Assembly (NCBI RefSeq): GCF_001194135.2
Contig: NC_068984.1
Location: 55,315,819-55,379,818 of the forward strand
Origin: Octopus bimaculoides
Taxonomy: Eukaryota
Reading direction: 5' to 3'
DNA length: 64,000 nucleotides
Both the position numbers and the translations under genes were made by a program. Below, one piece after another: positions 39,933 to 53,148 of this stretch (position 1 is its first letter; the number at the start of each line of letters is the position of its first letter). The notes under the pieces were generated by a model. That model was given only the letters and a program-made list of their open reading frames with translations. It did no database searches and had not been told where the DNA came from.

Positions 39933-40501
39933 GCCCTGATGCAGTACTAGGCAATGACTCTCATGGCTCCTGATCTCAGCTGATTGGAAGTGTTATCATG
40001 TACATAGTTATCATGTACATAGTTTTTTGCCTTGGTATAAAAGACGTGCCACACCAAATGTTCTGCTCAATACTAGTTTTGCTTGTCAGTTGCTTGACCT
40101 TAACCAGTTGAGCAAGTCTGGTAGTGCCTGACGTTACGTGCATCTCTGATCACGAGCAGAAGTAGTGGGGGAGCATTATAGCCATGTGTTGAGAGGAAAT
40201 CTTTGGGGTTTGGATAATTCACCTTTGGAAACATGGGTGTTTTATTCAACATCCTTAAACATCCCTCATTCAGGGACCTTTTGAGCGTGATGGGCTTCTC
40301 AACCTGAAGAAGATTCTAACTGGATCCCACCTGCAAGGCAATGCACTGTTTATCTTGATATGAGATCACTATATCACGCACATATCGTTGTGATGCATGT
40401 GCCTGGTGTATCCTTATCAGATGGGTAGTCATGATGGCTATATTGGGCTTCGTATATTTTACACCAGTGTTACTTTGATGGCATGCACTGCTCTTTCACT
40501 C
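39929..40501. mobile_element. Apparently complete ~570-bp non-coding interspersed element flanked by (TAA)n on both sides
   Basis: Second copy at 11483-11853. Both ends abut TAA arrays, there is no ORF or obvious TIR, and an internal 15-bp duplication gttatcatgtacata occurs near 39992-40021. Confidence 0.85.
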
Positions 40502-40520
40502 AATAATAATAATAATAATA

Positions 40521-40582
<62 letters not shown>
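40502..40582. repeat. (TAA)n microsatellite
   Basis: Directly visible. Confidence 0.97.
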
Positions 40583-40584
<2 letters not shown>

Positions 40585-43116
40585 TATTGAAGGCGCGGTT
40601 ATATATGCTCTCAAAAGACATTTCTGTTTTAGATCGAAAAAAGAAGAGGGAGCATAAAAGCGAACAAAGGCACTGAACAGGAAGTATGATATTGAAAGAA
40701 AGGTCCTGAAAGTGGTAATGGAGGAACTGAAACAGGGCTTCGTTGCAAAGAAAGGAAAGGTGGTAAGTTACAACCAAAGAATGAAGGGATACTAGCAGAA
40801 TAGGTTATTCAGAGTAAATCAGAAGAGATTCTACAAAGAAATAAATGGACAGTGTACAGAAATAAGTTGAAACCAGATAACGTTGGTTTGGGAGTGACAT
40901 CTGGAGAAAAGAAAAGGAGCACAAGAAGGATGCTAAATGGTTACAAGAACTGAAACAAACAGTAGTCTGTCCAAAACAGGCCGAACTAACCATTTCAGTA
41001 AGGGAAGTGAAGGAAATCAGCAAAAAATGGGCAACTGGAAGGCACGAATAGCTGCACAACTCAACGCCTTATTAAATGCCGACCAACTGGTTTGACATTT
41101 GATAGGACAGGGCTGTGCTTGAAAAACATCGAAAAAGGCAATACGGCAGACAATTATAGGCCGATATCCTGTTTATGTGGAAATTATTGACTGGAATAGT
41201 CGCAGAGTCAATGTACAGACATCTGGAAAAAAAGTGGAGCTCTGCCACATGAGCAAGAGGGTTGCAAGCGTAAGTGCAGAGGTACCAAATATCAACTCTT
41301 AGTAAATAAAACTGTACTTAGAGACTGCAAGAGCAGGAAAACTAACTTAGCCATGTCATGGATCGATTATCGTAAAGCGTACGATATGATACCACATTCT
41401 TGGATTATGGGATGTATGAACCTATTTCGTATTGCATCGAATGTTGAGCGATTGCTTGGAAAAAGTATGGCGATGTAGAGGACGGGACTGACAGCATGTG
41501 GAAGAAGTTTAAGGACAATAGAAATCAGGAAAGGTATCTTCCTAGGGGATTGCCTGTCTCCACAGATCTTTGTACTGTGCATGATACCACAAACACCGAT
41601 TCTGAAGAAAGCAAAGGCTGGGTATGTATTCAAGTGTCGCCAACAAAAAGTCAACCACTTGTTATTCAGGATGACCTCAAACTTTATGGTAAAGATGAAT
41701 CCCAAGTCAGTTCCTTCGTTGATACGGTGTATACCTTCTGTGCTGATATTAGACTAGAGTTAGGACCGAAAAAGTGTCTTGTGTTTGTCTTGAAGAGAGA
41801 TAAATCAAATTTATGGCCGGGCTAGCGATACCGCCAGAGGAGGTTATGAAGCAGATAGAAGAGACGGGCTGTAAGTACTTGTGGATATTAGAAATGGATA
41901 AATTGATGGAGAAAGAAATGACAGAAAAAATTTAGGTGGAGTACTTGCGCAGACTGAGGTTGATTCGTAAGTCGAAATTAAACGGACAGAATAAGATTGA
42001 AGCTATCAACACTTCGGCGGTTTCACTCCTTAGATATGGAGCAGAGGTAATCCCATGCACAGTAGACCAACTAAACAGCTTAGTCAAAAAGAGACACTGA
42101 CAGTCTGTGTGTCCCAAGAAAAAGAGGGGGAAGAGGACTGGTTGGATACGAACACAGCATTAATGTAGAAGAAAACAACATAGCACGGTATGTAAAATAT
42201 GCCACATAACCGCTATTATTGGAAGTAAGGGTCAGGATTGTGTAGGATGGAAGATTGCATAGATACAGTACTGTACAAGCAAATGAGAATTAATGAAACC
42301 CAAAATATGTGGATGAAGAAATGCATGGGCAATTTCATAGGGAGGTTGAAGATAAAACTGACAGAGAAAAAAGATGGCTATGCGTGACTAAAAGTGATTT
42401 AAAACGGAGGACCTAATCTGTGCAGCTCAATAGCAAGCATTAAGAGCCAATTACATAAAATATAGAATTAACAACACATCAGAAAGTGATAAGTGCAGAA
42501 TTTATGCGCTAAAGGATGAAACCGTATGGCATATTACAAGTCAATGTACACCACTATATAAGAGATGTCATTACAATATAGCAAGGATTGCCTATTGGAC
42601 ACTTTGCAACAAGTATGGACTTCATAGAGCAAAAAAGTTGTACGAACATAAACACGAAGTTATCATCGAAAATGATAACGCAAAGAGCCTATGGGATTTT
42701 ATGATTCAGTGCGACCAGGTGATAGAGACTAGGAAACCAGGCATAGTGTTCATTGAGAAAGAAACAAACGATGCTGATCATAGATATAGCATACCCGGCT
42801 GACAACAAGGTATGCTACAAGGGAGAAAAAAGTCGATAGCTATAACAGGTTAGCTTGAGAGGTTAAGCAATTGTTGTCACTGAAAAAAGTGATAGTAGTA
42901 CCAATAATTATCGGTGCCCTGGGAACAATGAGTAAGTATATGGAACAAATAGGACTGCAACAAGGGTGGAGCACTTGCAGAAAACAGCATTCCTTTGAAC
43001 CTCTCGACTACTCCGAATGGTGCTCGAAAAATATGTGGTGTTATCTTAGTTTAGTGGTAGTGAACAGCTGATACAATAGTACATCTTCAGCGTTAGAAGC
43101 TGAGCAAAGAAAATGA
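40583..43116 (+). mobile_element. Decayed R4/Dong-type RLE non-LTR retrotransposon (N-terminal region, RT, CCHC knuckle, RLE)
   Basis: Frameshifted motifs: [98 protein letters not shown]...ETVWHITSQC, LWDFMIQCDQVIETRKPGIV, VIVVPIIIGALG. (TAA)n on both sides. Confidence 0.92.
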
Positions 43117-43121
43117 AATAA

Positions 43122-43206
<85 letters not shown>
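43117..43206. repeat. (TAA)n microsatellite
   Basis: Directly visible. Confidence 0.97.
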
Positions 43207-43207
<1 letters not shown>

Positions 43208-43261
43208 TATTACAGGATAGTAAAGAGAGAGAAAGAAAAGCAAAAAAAGTATAATTCCTTA

Positions 43262-43551
43262 AAATTTGAAATAGGAAAAATGTGAAGTATCAAATCTGTA
43301 AAGGTCGTGCTTATAATAATTGGTGCGTTGGGAAAAGTAAGCAAAGATATTGACAACTGACTGAAGGAGATTGGAAAATGCCCTGTAGAGCTCCTACGGA
43401 AAGCTTTTCATTTAGGGACAGCAAGGATTATTATGAGGGTTCTAAGCAATTGAAAGACTACTGAAAACTTGTTGATACCTAAGGTTCCCGGTAGTACCCC
43501 GCTATCCACATAAATCCTACCAGGAATAAGACCTAACCTGAGACAAACCAA

Positions 43552-43552
<1 letters not shown>
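43262..43552 (+). mobile_element. Short 5'-truncated R4/Dong-type copy (RLE C-terminus plus 3' UTR) of a different subfamily
   Basis: FEIGKM*SIKSVKVVLIIIGALGKVSKDIDN*LKEIGKCPVELLRKAFHLGTARIIMRVLSN*. Followed by (TAA)n/(TGA)n at 43553-43667. Confidence 0.85.
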
Positions 43553-43637
<85 letters not shown>

Positions 43638-44798
43638 AATGATGATGATGATGATGATGATAATAATTCTTTACTTCTATTGGCCCAAGGCCTGAAACTT
43701 TAGAGACTCAGATGGAATTTATTTTATTAACCTCAAAAAAAGATGAAAAGCAAGGTTGTGCAACAAAAATATCGTGGGTTTTGTCAACAAATTAATAAGT
43801 TAATCAATGCCAACTAACTTAATTACAATGTTGCAAGAAAGCTATCCGATAAAATATTGCATCATATTCCGTATAGACATGAGCATATTAATTCTAAGTC
43901 ATTCTTTAATACTTTACGTATTACAATATTCAAATTCAATAAAATAATTTTATGTTAATTATTCATTATGATGTTATGAATCGGAGCTTATTAAACCGTA
44001 CAGTCAGATAAGTTACTACGTTGAAAATGTATTCGCTATAGTGCATAAATAATTCAAGATGATGACAGAGAATAGTAGCATTTCGCTTTAGAAGTATCAG
44101 TATCTTATTTAAACTTCTAAGGGGTGGGTGCCACAACAATAAGACACAGAACTCATCATCGAATATTTACACCTGCTGCAATTCCCTAACATAACCCAAC
44201 TCCTTTTTACTTTTTTTATTGGTATAACTCCTCCGCTTCATACGGATGGCAGTAGGACTGGATATGTAATACCAATGCCTTCCGAAAAATACGTCAGCAT
44301 CTGTTTTAGTACAAGGATTATTATTGTAAACTTAAACTCATTAAGTAATTACAAGCATTAAATAGGATGAGAAACCACTATAAAGATAAAAATATATTTA
44401 ATGTAAAACCGATATATTACATAAGCATTGACGCAGTAAATAATGAAACGCTTTTACTATATATATATATACTACATATGTGGGGAATTCTCTTTGTGTG
44501 TGTTTTTGTGGAATTGTTAGCTAACTCCTCCTACATCGTTTTATTGATTTTGATGAAACTTGACACGTGAGTAGAACTCATGTCTGGTGACCTCAAGGCA
44601 TACTCAGATTCTAGAAAAATCGATAATGGAACACCTCGAAGGGATCCTTGTATATATCTAATACATTTTATTTTAAAAAACCAAGGGAAATAACTAATTC
44701 ATTTTCCTAAATCATTTGACAAAAAGGAAATTGAGCATGCTTATTTCTTAGAACTGTTAGAGTTATTTTCGCAATTTATCCACTACAATCCTTAAACT

Positions 44799-45284
44799 AG
44801 TAAATAGTATTTTCCTAAACAATAGATCCACTTATTTCGGTTAGTGATTTATTCACGAATATATCAACACTAGTGCCACTGAGGGTAATATTCCTTGGGA
44901 ACGCACAAAATCTCTTTTCAGAGATATTTATTTGGAGTTGTTATTATCTCATATCTGATTAGCCTGTTATTACGTAACATGCTTCACGATTTTAGTATAG
45001 ATACCTTATTAGTATTTTTTCCTATGTTCTATATACTGTGCAAGTAAATAGCATTTTCCTAAACAATAGATCTACATATTTCGGTTAGTGATTTATTCAC
45101 GAATATATCAACATTAGTGCCACTGAGGGTAATATTCTCTGGGAACGCACAAAAGCTCTTTTCAGAGATATTTGTTTCGAGTTGTTATTATCTCATATCT
45201 GATTAGCCTGTTATTACGTAACATGCTTCACGATTTTAGTATAGATACCTTATTAGTATTTTCTTCTGTGTTGTATATACTGTG
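44799..45284. repeat. Tandem duplication, 244-bp period, two copies
   Basis: Unit start agtaaatag at 44799 and 45043; atagatacc at 44997 and 45241. High identity by eye. Confidence 0.95.
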
Positions 45285-45439
45285 GTAAAGCATTAAAGCC
45301 CTTTTCGGGGCTACTTTATTTTAATTCTTACTATCGGGTAACTAATTTCCTGTTATTATATAAATGATTTCACAACTTCATAACTTGTTGGGAATTCCTA
45401 AAAACAAAATTCTGTGTAAGACAGGTATTCTCTGTAAAT

Positions 45440-45760
45440 GCACAAAAACCGCTTTAAGGGCTACATACTTTGTATTGTTGTTATTGGATTAACGAAACAA
45501 TAATGAGAACGGAACCAAAGGATAAGCCCCGCTTTCCCGGGAATTTTCGGGTACGTCAGTTAGTACATCTCGAACCCACAAGAGTAAACAAGAGAGACAG
45601 AGACAGGCAGAAACAAGGAAAATATCCTTTGTATTTGAATACTATGCAAATATTCTTTTAAAAAAATTTTCATCAAATTTTTCTAAAACTTAATTGTTTT
45701 CCATGTTTACAGTTGGAAAAGTCTCAATGACCGAAACCGGTAGTGAAATGTTTTTGATAA
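45440..45760 (+). mobile_element. Possible Penelope-like terminal fragment with degenerate hammerhead-like 3' half
   Basis: GTC-tcaat-GAC-C-GAAA-CCGG-TA at 45721-45742 with palindromic ACCGGT. The CUGANGA box is not recognisable. Confidence 0.3.
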
Positions 45761-46067
45761 AATTATTTTAGCATTTTCTACCTTGAAACTTTTCCATATA
45801 TACATATTTACTAATACACAAATTATACAAACAAATTTAGTCTTAGGCTATTCCTGTCCAAATTTTTTATACTGAGTTAAAATCGGGTTCTTCAGTTTGT
45901 ATAAAATATTGAAAGTTTATCCGCAAAATCCAATTAAACTAAATAACTATAGAAATTTGATAAATATTTTCTGCAATGCATCTTTAGGCAAACCATGATT
46001 TAACGGAAAGCAAAATTATCTCTGATGATTGTTGATGTATATTTTTCTGTAAATATATTAGTTTCAG

Positions 46068-46267
46068 ATTTTGGCACAAGACGAGCAATTACAGGAGAGG
46101 CGAGAAATTCGATTACATCGATCCTAGTGCTGAAGTGGTACTTATTTTATTGACCGAAGGCAAAAGTAATGTCGAACTCGGCTGAATTTGAACTCAGAAC
46201 GTAAAAACGGACGAAATGCCGCTAAGCATTTTGTCCGGACCTTTAAGAATTTTGCCAACTCGTAGCC
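46068..46267 (-). mobile_element. SINE family A
   Basis: ttttggcacaagacgagc...tcgattacatcgatcctagtgctgaagtggtacttattttattgacc...gaatttgaactcagaacgtaaaaacggacgaaatgccgctaagcattttgtccgg. Confidence 0.88.
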
Positions 46268-46300
46268 TTTTTACTTTGTAAATATATTAAATAAACGTCT

Positions 46301-46503
46301 CAAGGCAGAATCATTAACATGCTGTCCAAAATGCATAGCGGCATGTCACCCATCTTTACCTTCTCAGCACAAATTCTGCCGAGGTCCGATTTCATCCGTT
46401 CAGGTTGTTATTGTAGGTACCAATTGAGCACTGACGTCGATGTAACCATCTTACACCTTCCCCCAAATTGCTGGTTATAGTGCGGAAATTTGAAACTGAT
46501 ATT
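46301..46503 (+). mobile_element. SINE family A, degenerate, head-to-head with the previous copy
   Basis: ggcagaatcattaacatgctgtccaaaatgcatagcggcat...aaattctgccgaggtc...gtaccaattgagcactgacgtcgatgtaacc...aaattgctgg. Confidence 0.75.
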
Positions 46504-48758
46504 AAATATTTGTTTTATTCATGATACTCAGGGACATAAATTTACTCAATGCGATACTCATCTAAATAGACACGATATTATCATCGATACGATAGTCTAA
46601 TTTATAAATGTATGAAGTGAAATAAAGTACACAAACAAAGGATATATCTTGTTTTGAGTATCATTACAAAATTTATCTTGTAAACTGTTTTTTTAAACGT
46701 AAATTTGGGTTTCTTTCTAATGCGAAGTGAGAATAAATTATATAATTGATAGGATGAAATTAATCAACACCAGACTATGGATTAACAGGTAACAACACCC
46801 GGAGACTGAAGATTCTTATTAGCTAATCATGTGTACCGGAATGACCAGCAAAAAAAAAGTGTGAATTATTTACACCATAAAATATAGCGAACAAGGAATG
46901 CAACTGCTCGTAAATTATAATTCAAGTATCCCCTTGATGTTTTTGTAATATCTTAACACACTTTTTCTAGGAATAATCATAAAACAAAACTGGATATAAT
47001 GATATGGCGGTAAATATAACCGTAGTGTCTGCTTAAAAACACGCATAATTTTATATAAACTCTATTGTAGGAAGGTTCACATTTATTGAGTGAATTGGTT
47101 TAATCGATATAACTTATGGTCTAGTTTTACCGAAGTCGTTTATGAGATTATAAATTACTTTAAAATAAGATAAAGAATAATGATAAAAAGATGTTGAAAC
47201 GAATTAGATAAATCTTGCAGTTTCGTGTTAAGCTCATGTGGATTCAACTCTTCTGTCCAGGCATAATTCGAATTTCAGAATCAATTTATTTTACTTTGTG
47301 ACGGGAGAAAACCTCAAATTTCTGCCTTTTGGTAGAAAATATGCACTGTTTACGATATCATTAATATTTCTGAAGATGGTGGAGACGGCGGAGACAACTG
47401 ATGACTAGAGCAGTATTTAGTTTCAGTCCTTGTTAAGTTATTGCTTAATTCTGATCAAATTCAACCTTTGCTTTAACGTTCATATATGGCTCAATATATT
47501 TAATGCCAGCAACTTAGCTGGCCCATCTAATTTATTATAGCTTTCTGATACAAAAGATGGTACACACTAGTAAAGAGTATGATGTAGTTTAACTTGACAG
47601 TACCCCCTCTCCCGCCATTAGAATTTGCTTACACTCACAAAAGGGAAAGTGACTGATATTTTTGGCATACACACTCTTTAATATGCTGCATACTTCTATA
47701 ACGCTTTTAGAATTATTAAATATATTAAAACTAACACTTGTTAACTTATACCATTGCATATTATTCTTCTTGTTATCGTATGCATTATGAATTTATTTTA
47801 ACTAACATGCATCTAAATTATATTTTATAATTGTTTACTGCACCCGAATGCATTTGGAATTACATGTGTGAAACAATCTCTGCTTTACAGTTAATCTATG
47901 ATTAAGAGAGAAGTATACAAATGACAGTAATTTATTAATTACCATATTAAATCATAGGAAAATGTAATAACTGAAATGCATACAACTTAATTGCCTTTAA
48001 TTTGTCCTATTTTAAAAAGATAATTTTCATCAAATATATCCAATTAGCAGAAATTTATCAGACATGTTTAACTACTTTTTACCCCAATTTAGCAAGACAC
48101 TGCGGAATTTAATAAAAGCTTTATGTGTGCCTTCAATATATGTCTGTAGATTGAACTTGAATTGAACCGCAAAGACATTCGGAGGCAAAGAAATAAGATT
48201 TGTGGTTATATCTTCTATATCCGAGAAAACAATCCACCCACATTTTATTACATGGTAGAGTGATATAGAAGACGTAAGCTAGATTTTAAAATATCAGCAG
48301 ATTTACTTCCTTTTAATTCCATTCAGCCTTCTAAAGATATATATTTGAAATTTAATAAATAACTACGTTTTTCCGTTCTGAACTAATATATATTCTGAAA
48401 TTTGAAGTTGTATTTGATGGTTTAACATCTTGTTTTATATTATCTTATGAAATGAAATTTAGAAAATAATCAAAGTATGTTTTACAGTTGCTAAATTCTT
48501 ATAACGTTAGAAACATTTAAGAATAAACGTAATTGAAACATACACGTCAAGTATTATCTATATTATCCAATATATTATTTCAATAAAATATCATCTAAGG
48601 CAAAATATTTCTATGGTATCAATATATTAATAGACATTATGAATTTTGTATGTTTTAGTTAAAACACTTTTTGCATTTACGGGATAAATAATAACTTGCT
48701 GCAGCGTTGACTTCTTCATAATATAAAACCAGCTATGGATAAAGAATATAGTCTCAGT

Positions 48759-48855
48759 TCTCAATCAAAACTCGAATTTTCCAAGACTTTCTTTTAGCTG
48801 TATTATGTCTCAATCAATCTCGAATTTTCCAAGACTTTCTTTTAGCTGTATTATG
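48759..48855. repeat. Tandem duplication of ~48 bp
   Basis: ctcgaattttccaagactttcttttagctgtattatgtct occurs twice in succession. Confidence 0.93.
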
Positions 48856-50998
48856 TCTATCATTAATTATTAATTATACTTTCCCCAGAAAATAATCTTT
48901 ATCGTAGATTAATTTTCTAGTAAATCTATCTGTTAAATCTCAGTACACTGTATTTTAACGTCATAACTATTATTCCATACCACCTTATAATCGATGATGA
49001 AATGATTATTGTTACGATATATAATGTAATATCGATCGGTAAAAACACATCATATACTTTTATATTCAAGTGTTTTAATTTTATTACGTATAAATGTAAA
49101 AAAAAAAAAACATTAATCCTTAGTGTGAAAAATAATAAGTGGCAACAGATTTCAGTAAGTAGATATGTAGATATTGCGAGCTATAAGCAGCGTGATTGTG
49201 AAAATATAAACCTGAAAATAGGTATCTCAGACACCAGTGTCACTTTGATTTCAAATAACCAATAAGTTAGCTCATACTCATAGGCAAATATCACCAAAAT
49301 CAATAATAGGCCAGCTTTCGATTTACAACCACCATGAGACTATACGGTTATTGACAAACCTTATTATCTTATACGTTAGTTTTAATCTTTCAGTTCATGC
49401 TTTATTTTACCATTTGGCGAAAACTTGCGTCCTGGAAACAGGTGGAATAATATTCAAATAGCTTACATTTATATCTACAAAGCTAAATCTCTTATACAAC
49501 TTCATTATTCCTGGAGAGCCAGACTTTTCAAACTGTTTGTATTAAACTGTGGTTCGATTAGATTATTAAGCTACTTTGCTAAACTTTAAAAATAGATGTT
49601 TAATTTGTATACAATATGTGTGTGTGTGTGTGTGTGTATCTATGTATGTATGTATGTATGTATGTATGTATGTATGTATGTGTGTACGTAAATATCCCAA
49701 CCGTATCCACCGTCCTGTAAATTTTTATGCCGGAGCCAACGAAGGGTATGTATATCTTTTATATGATTAGAAGGCCGACTATAATGGTACAAAAATGTGT
49801 TTAACTGCCCTTAAATATTGGATGAGTCGTCAAAGCGTTTCACACGCCTGCCGTAGCTTTATGCACAATATGGCTTCGTTTCGCAGTAGCAACGTTAATA
49901 TCCCCTAACAATAGAATAACTTGATCGTTACAAGCCCCTTAACCCTTAGCTCTGCAACTTCGAATCGCTGCAATGTTACGTTCACTTCGTATAAACAACA
50001 TAACCAATATAGATAGTTTTATACTCGAGATTATTCTTTAGAAAACAGACATATGTCTAAACATTAGCTAATGATAAATAGCGTTTAAATACAACACACA
50101 GAATTATCTCAAATAATTATCTACTCTATGGCTTTTATCTTTTGTTTACGATCTTATCATAATAGATGAATGTGTAATTTACATTTTTTTAAAAATAGAC
50201 TATGATTATATTAATTGTACACAATAACACACAATATTAAAAAATTGCGTATAGGAATTTTAAATTCTAAGAAAGCTGTTAATTAAAGAAGTAAAATAAT
50301 TATTTTGTAAAAGCTTTCAAAATATTGCATTTTATAGAAATTTTATAAGCCTCCGTTTTTCAAATTTCATCTGCATATATCAAATATAATCATGTGTAAC
50401 AAGTTGTGGTAATGTATAGCAGCGATAAGCTTAGCAATTGAAAGCTACAATCATCTTCTTTTATTGTTACATTCCTTCTGCAGAAGTGTGTTAAGTTGAA
50501 TATACAAACAAGTGCACAGCTTATTGAAAATCTGATATTTCTCTATGTCACTAGATCAGTGATACTGACCCGAAAATAACTGCTTAAATCCGTGTTAGAA
50601 ACCTGACACATAACTGTTTAGCTCTGATGAAATTTGACTGAAATGGCAATGAGTTGTGACAGAGACCAAAAGAACTACGAAATTTTTGAGAAAAGAATAT
50701 CAGAAGGAAACAGCTTCTACAATAAGCACAATGCTAAATATATAGAAGTAAAAAGTATTTCTATATAATGATTTACATAATAGGTATAAAATTGCATAAT
50801 TTGAGGGGAAATAATATTTGAATATATTAACTGGAAAACTTTTCTGAGACTTCATTTTGTTGGCAAATAAACAGTGAAATGCAAATGAAATCTTGGGCGC
50901 ACTCGAACGCAGCAAACAATAAAGTATATCTAAATATATCTATAAATATATTAATACGCTTATAAAAAAAATAATTATACAACTTCCAGAGCGCATTT

Positions 50999-51190
50999 AT
51001 ATTGGCTTTAAATTTTGACGGGGGAGATTGTAAGTCGACCCCAGTACTCAACTGGTAATTATTTTCTCGACCCCACAGAGATAAAAGGCAACGTTGACCT
51101 CAGTGGAATTTGAACTCAGAACATATAGACGTACGAAATACCGCTAAGCATTTTGCCCAGTGTGCTAATAATTCTGCCAGCTCGAGTCCC
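50999..51190 (-). mobile_element. SINE family A
   Basis: gtcgaccccagtactcaactggtaattattttctcgacccc...ggaatttgaactcagaac...aaataccgctaagcattttgccc...ttctgccagctc. Confidence 0.88.
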
Positions 51191-51559
51191 TCGGAGCGCC
51201 CTTATATTATAACAAAAATAAATGAATAATTACTTGTATAAGGAAACGGTCTCTTTCTTGCACACAAGATATATTTATTGGGTGGTGACATATAAGAAAT
51301 AGTATCAATGTTAACCAGACTGTCTCATCAGAGTGCAAGCACTGTGTGCGCTTCAGACATTCTTCAGCCTCTGGCAAATGTTTCGGATTCAGTTCCACTT
51401 TATCTGTTGGTCGGCAAGTCATATCTACTCGTAGGACCAGTAAACCCTTAGAAATGGAATTTGTTACACAGAAAGATGATCTTCATTTGTGCGTTCATAT
51501 GCACACATGCATACATACATACATACATACATACTTCTCTATCTTAGCTCTTAGATCTT

Positions 51560-52530
51560 CCAGGGGTGTGAGCAAGGGCAACGAGATTTCTCCAGACATC
51601 TTGATTGCTCGCTTTTTGTAGCTCCTCTAGGGCCAACTTCCAGCGCTACCATGTCATCCTAGAACGTACTGGATCACGTGTCCTTTGTTTTCATTGGTCT
51701 CCCTCTCGAAGCACATGGCACATGGCCAGTAAACCAAATCCGCCGCTTAGTCACCACGTCTTGCAAATTTCCCATGCAAGCTCATCTAATCAGCACTTCG
51801 TTTCTCACTCTTTCTCGGTAGCACATGCCCAGGGTCAAGCGTAAGCAGCTGTGGCGGCACACGTCCAGCAACTCAAAGATTTTGAATGACTTCATCCAGG
51901 TTTTAAGGCATCGATGGCAGTTGGTATAACAACAGATGAGTATAGTTGCAGCTTTATCTTGTTACTCATGGTCTTCGATCTCAAAGAAAACGTTGAAATA
52001 CTGACATTGATTTTCTATCCTAGTCCTGACATCAGCTTCTACATTATCTTGTCTGAAATTGATTAGCTGTGCTTGGACGCCACCAACTGTCATTGCTTTG
52101 GTCTTCTCAGCGCTTATCCGAAGCCCTGATTCTTCCCCGTAACTGAATAGGCTATCTGTCATGGAATGCAGAGTATATGTATCAGAGCTTAGTAACGCCA
52201 GGTTGTTTTCAATATCAAAATCCATTAGTCTGTCCATAAATCACGGAATTCCAAAACTGGTACTATCCATTGTTTTCCGCTTGACGAAGTCAATCACCAT
52301 CAGGAGCAGAAACGGCTGCAAGATGCAATCCTGTTACAATAGGGAAGCAATTTCGACATAATGTTGATTCCATTGCTTGTCTTCAGGTAACACTGTATAA
52401 GACACTTAAAAATATAAATATATCTGCTCGGGACCCCTTACATTCTCAAGATATTTTGTATATTCCAGAATGTCTCGTAGAACATTGTCAAACGCTTTCT
52501 TAAAGAAGATGAAATTAATAAGACTAGATA
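51560..52530 (-). mobile_element. Decayed RTE-type LINE fragment (RT C-terminal half)
   Basis: SLINFIFFKKAFDNVLRD (52450-52530) and LMDFDIENNLALLSSD...SGLRISAEKTKAM (ORF 51962-52237; degenerate DxDFADDIALL). 5' end abuts (TATG)n. Confidence 0.8.
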
Positions 52531-52782
52531 TATGTATGTACGTGTATATGTATGTGTGTGTATGTATGTATGTATGTATGTATGTATTATGTATGTATGT
52601 ATATATGTATGTATGCATGCATGCATGTATGTATGCATGCATGTATGTATGTGTATGTATGTATGTATGTATTTATGTATGTATATATGTATGTATGCAT
52701 GTATGTATGTATGTATGCATGCATGTATGTATGAATGTATGTATGTATGTATGTATGCATGTATGTATGTATGTATGTATGG
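52530..52782. repeat. (TATG)n/(TGCA) compound microsatellite
   Basis: Directly visible. Confidence 0.96.
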
Positions 52783-53148
52783 AGACAGATAGAGACTCAG
52801 GTAATATAATAAAGGCAAATGTGTAGATATGTTCTAGTTTAAACATCTGCAAGTTACTTGCATTTTCTTTGCAACATTAGACATACCAAACCTTCCGTAC
52901 GCATTTACCGTCTTGTCTTCACGATGAAGACATGTTGACTTCGATCGCAGGCGTAATTTACAGTTTAGATGGTAAATTTTTCCCTTACTGAACCAGATAT
53001 CATTTGCTTGTCCTTCGTATGTGATATCTGTACGTTTAGAACTATGCAATACCAAAATAAAAAGAAAGGTAGCACACATTAAACTCAAACAAAGATAAAC
53101 ACTTCACTGATAAAGTAAAAGCCTAATTCTAACAAATTCGAAGTTCAG

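Noticed and set aside
39610-43243. Poly-N, poly-L, poly-I and poly-Y ORFs
   Set aside because: Translations of (TAA)n arrays.
48100-48290. Open frames on both strands (IELELNRKDIRR...; LRR-like NLISLPPNVF)
   Set aside because: Several frames are open, the donors are weak, and the motif is too short to discriminate.
25213-50645. Other CTGANGA occurrences (25213, 50623, and reverse strand near 29713 and 51326)
   Set aside because: None has a properly closed stem II followed by GAAA plus compatible stems I and III.
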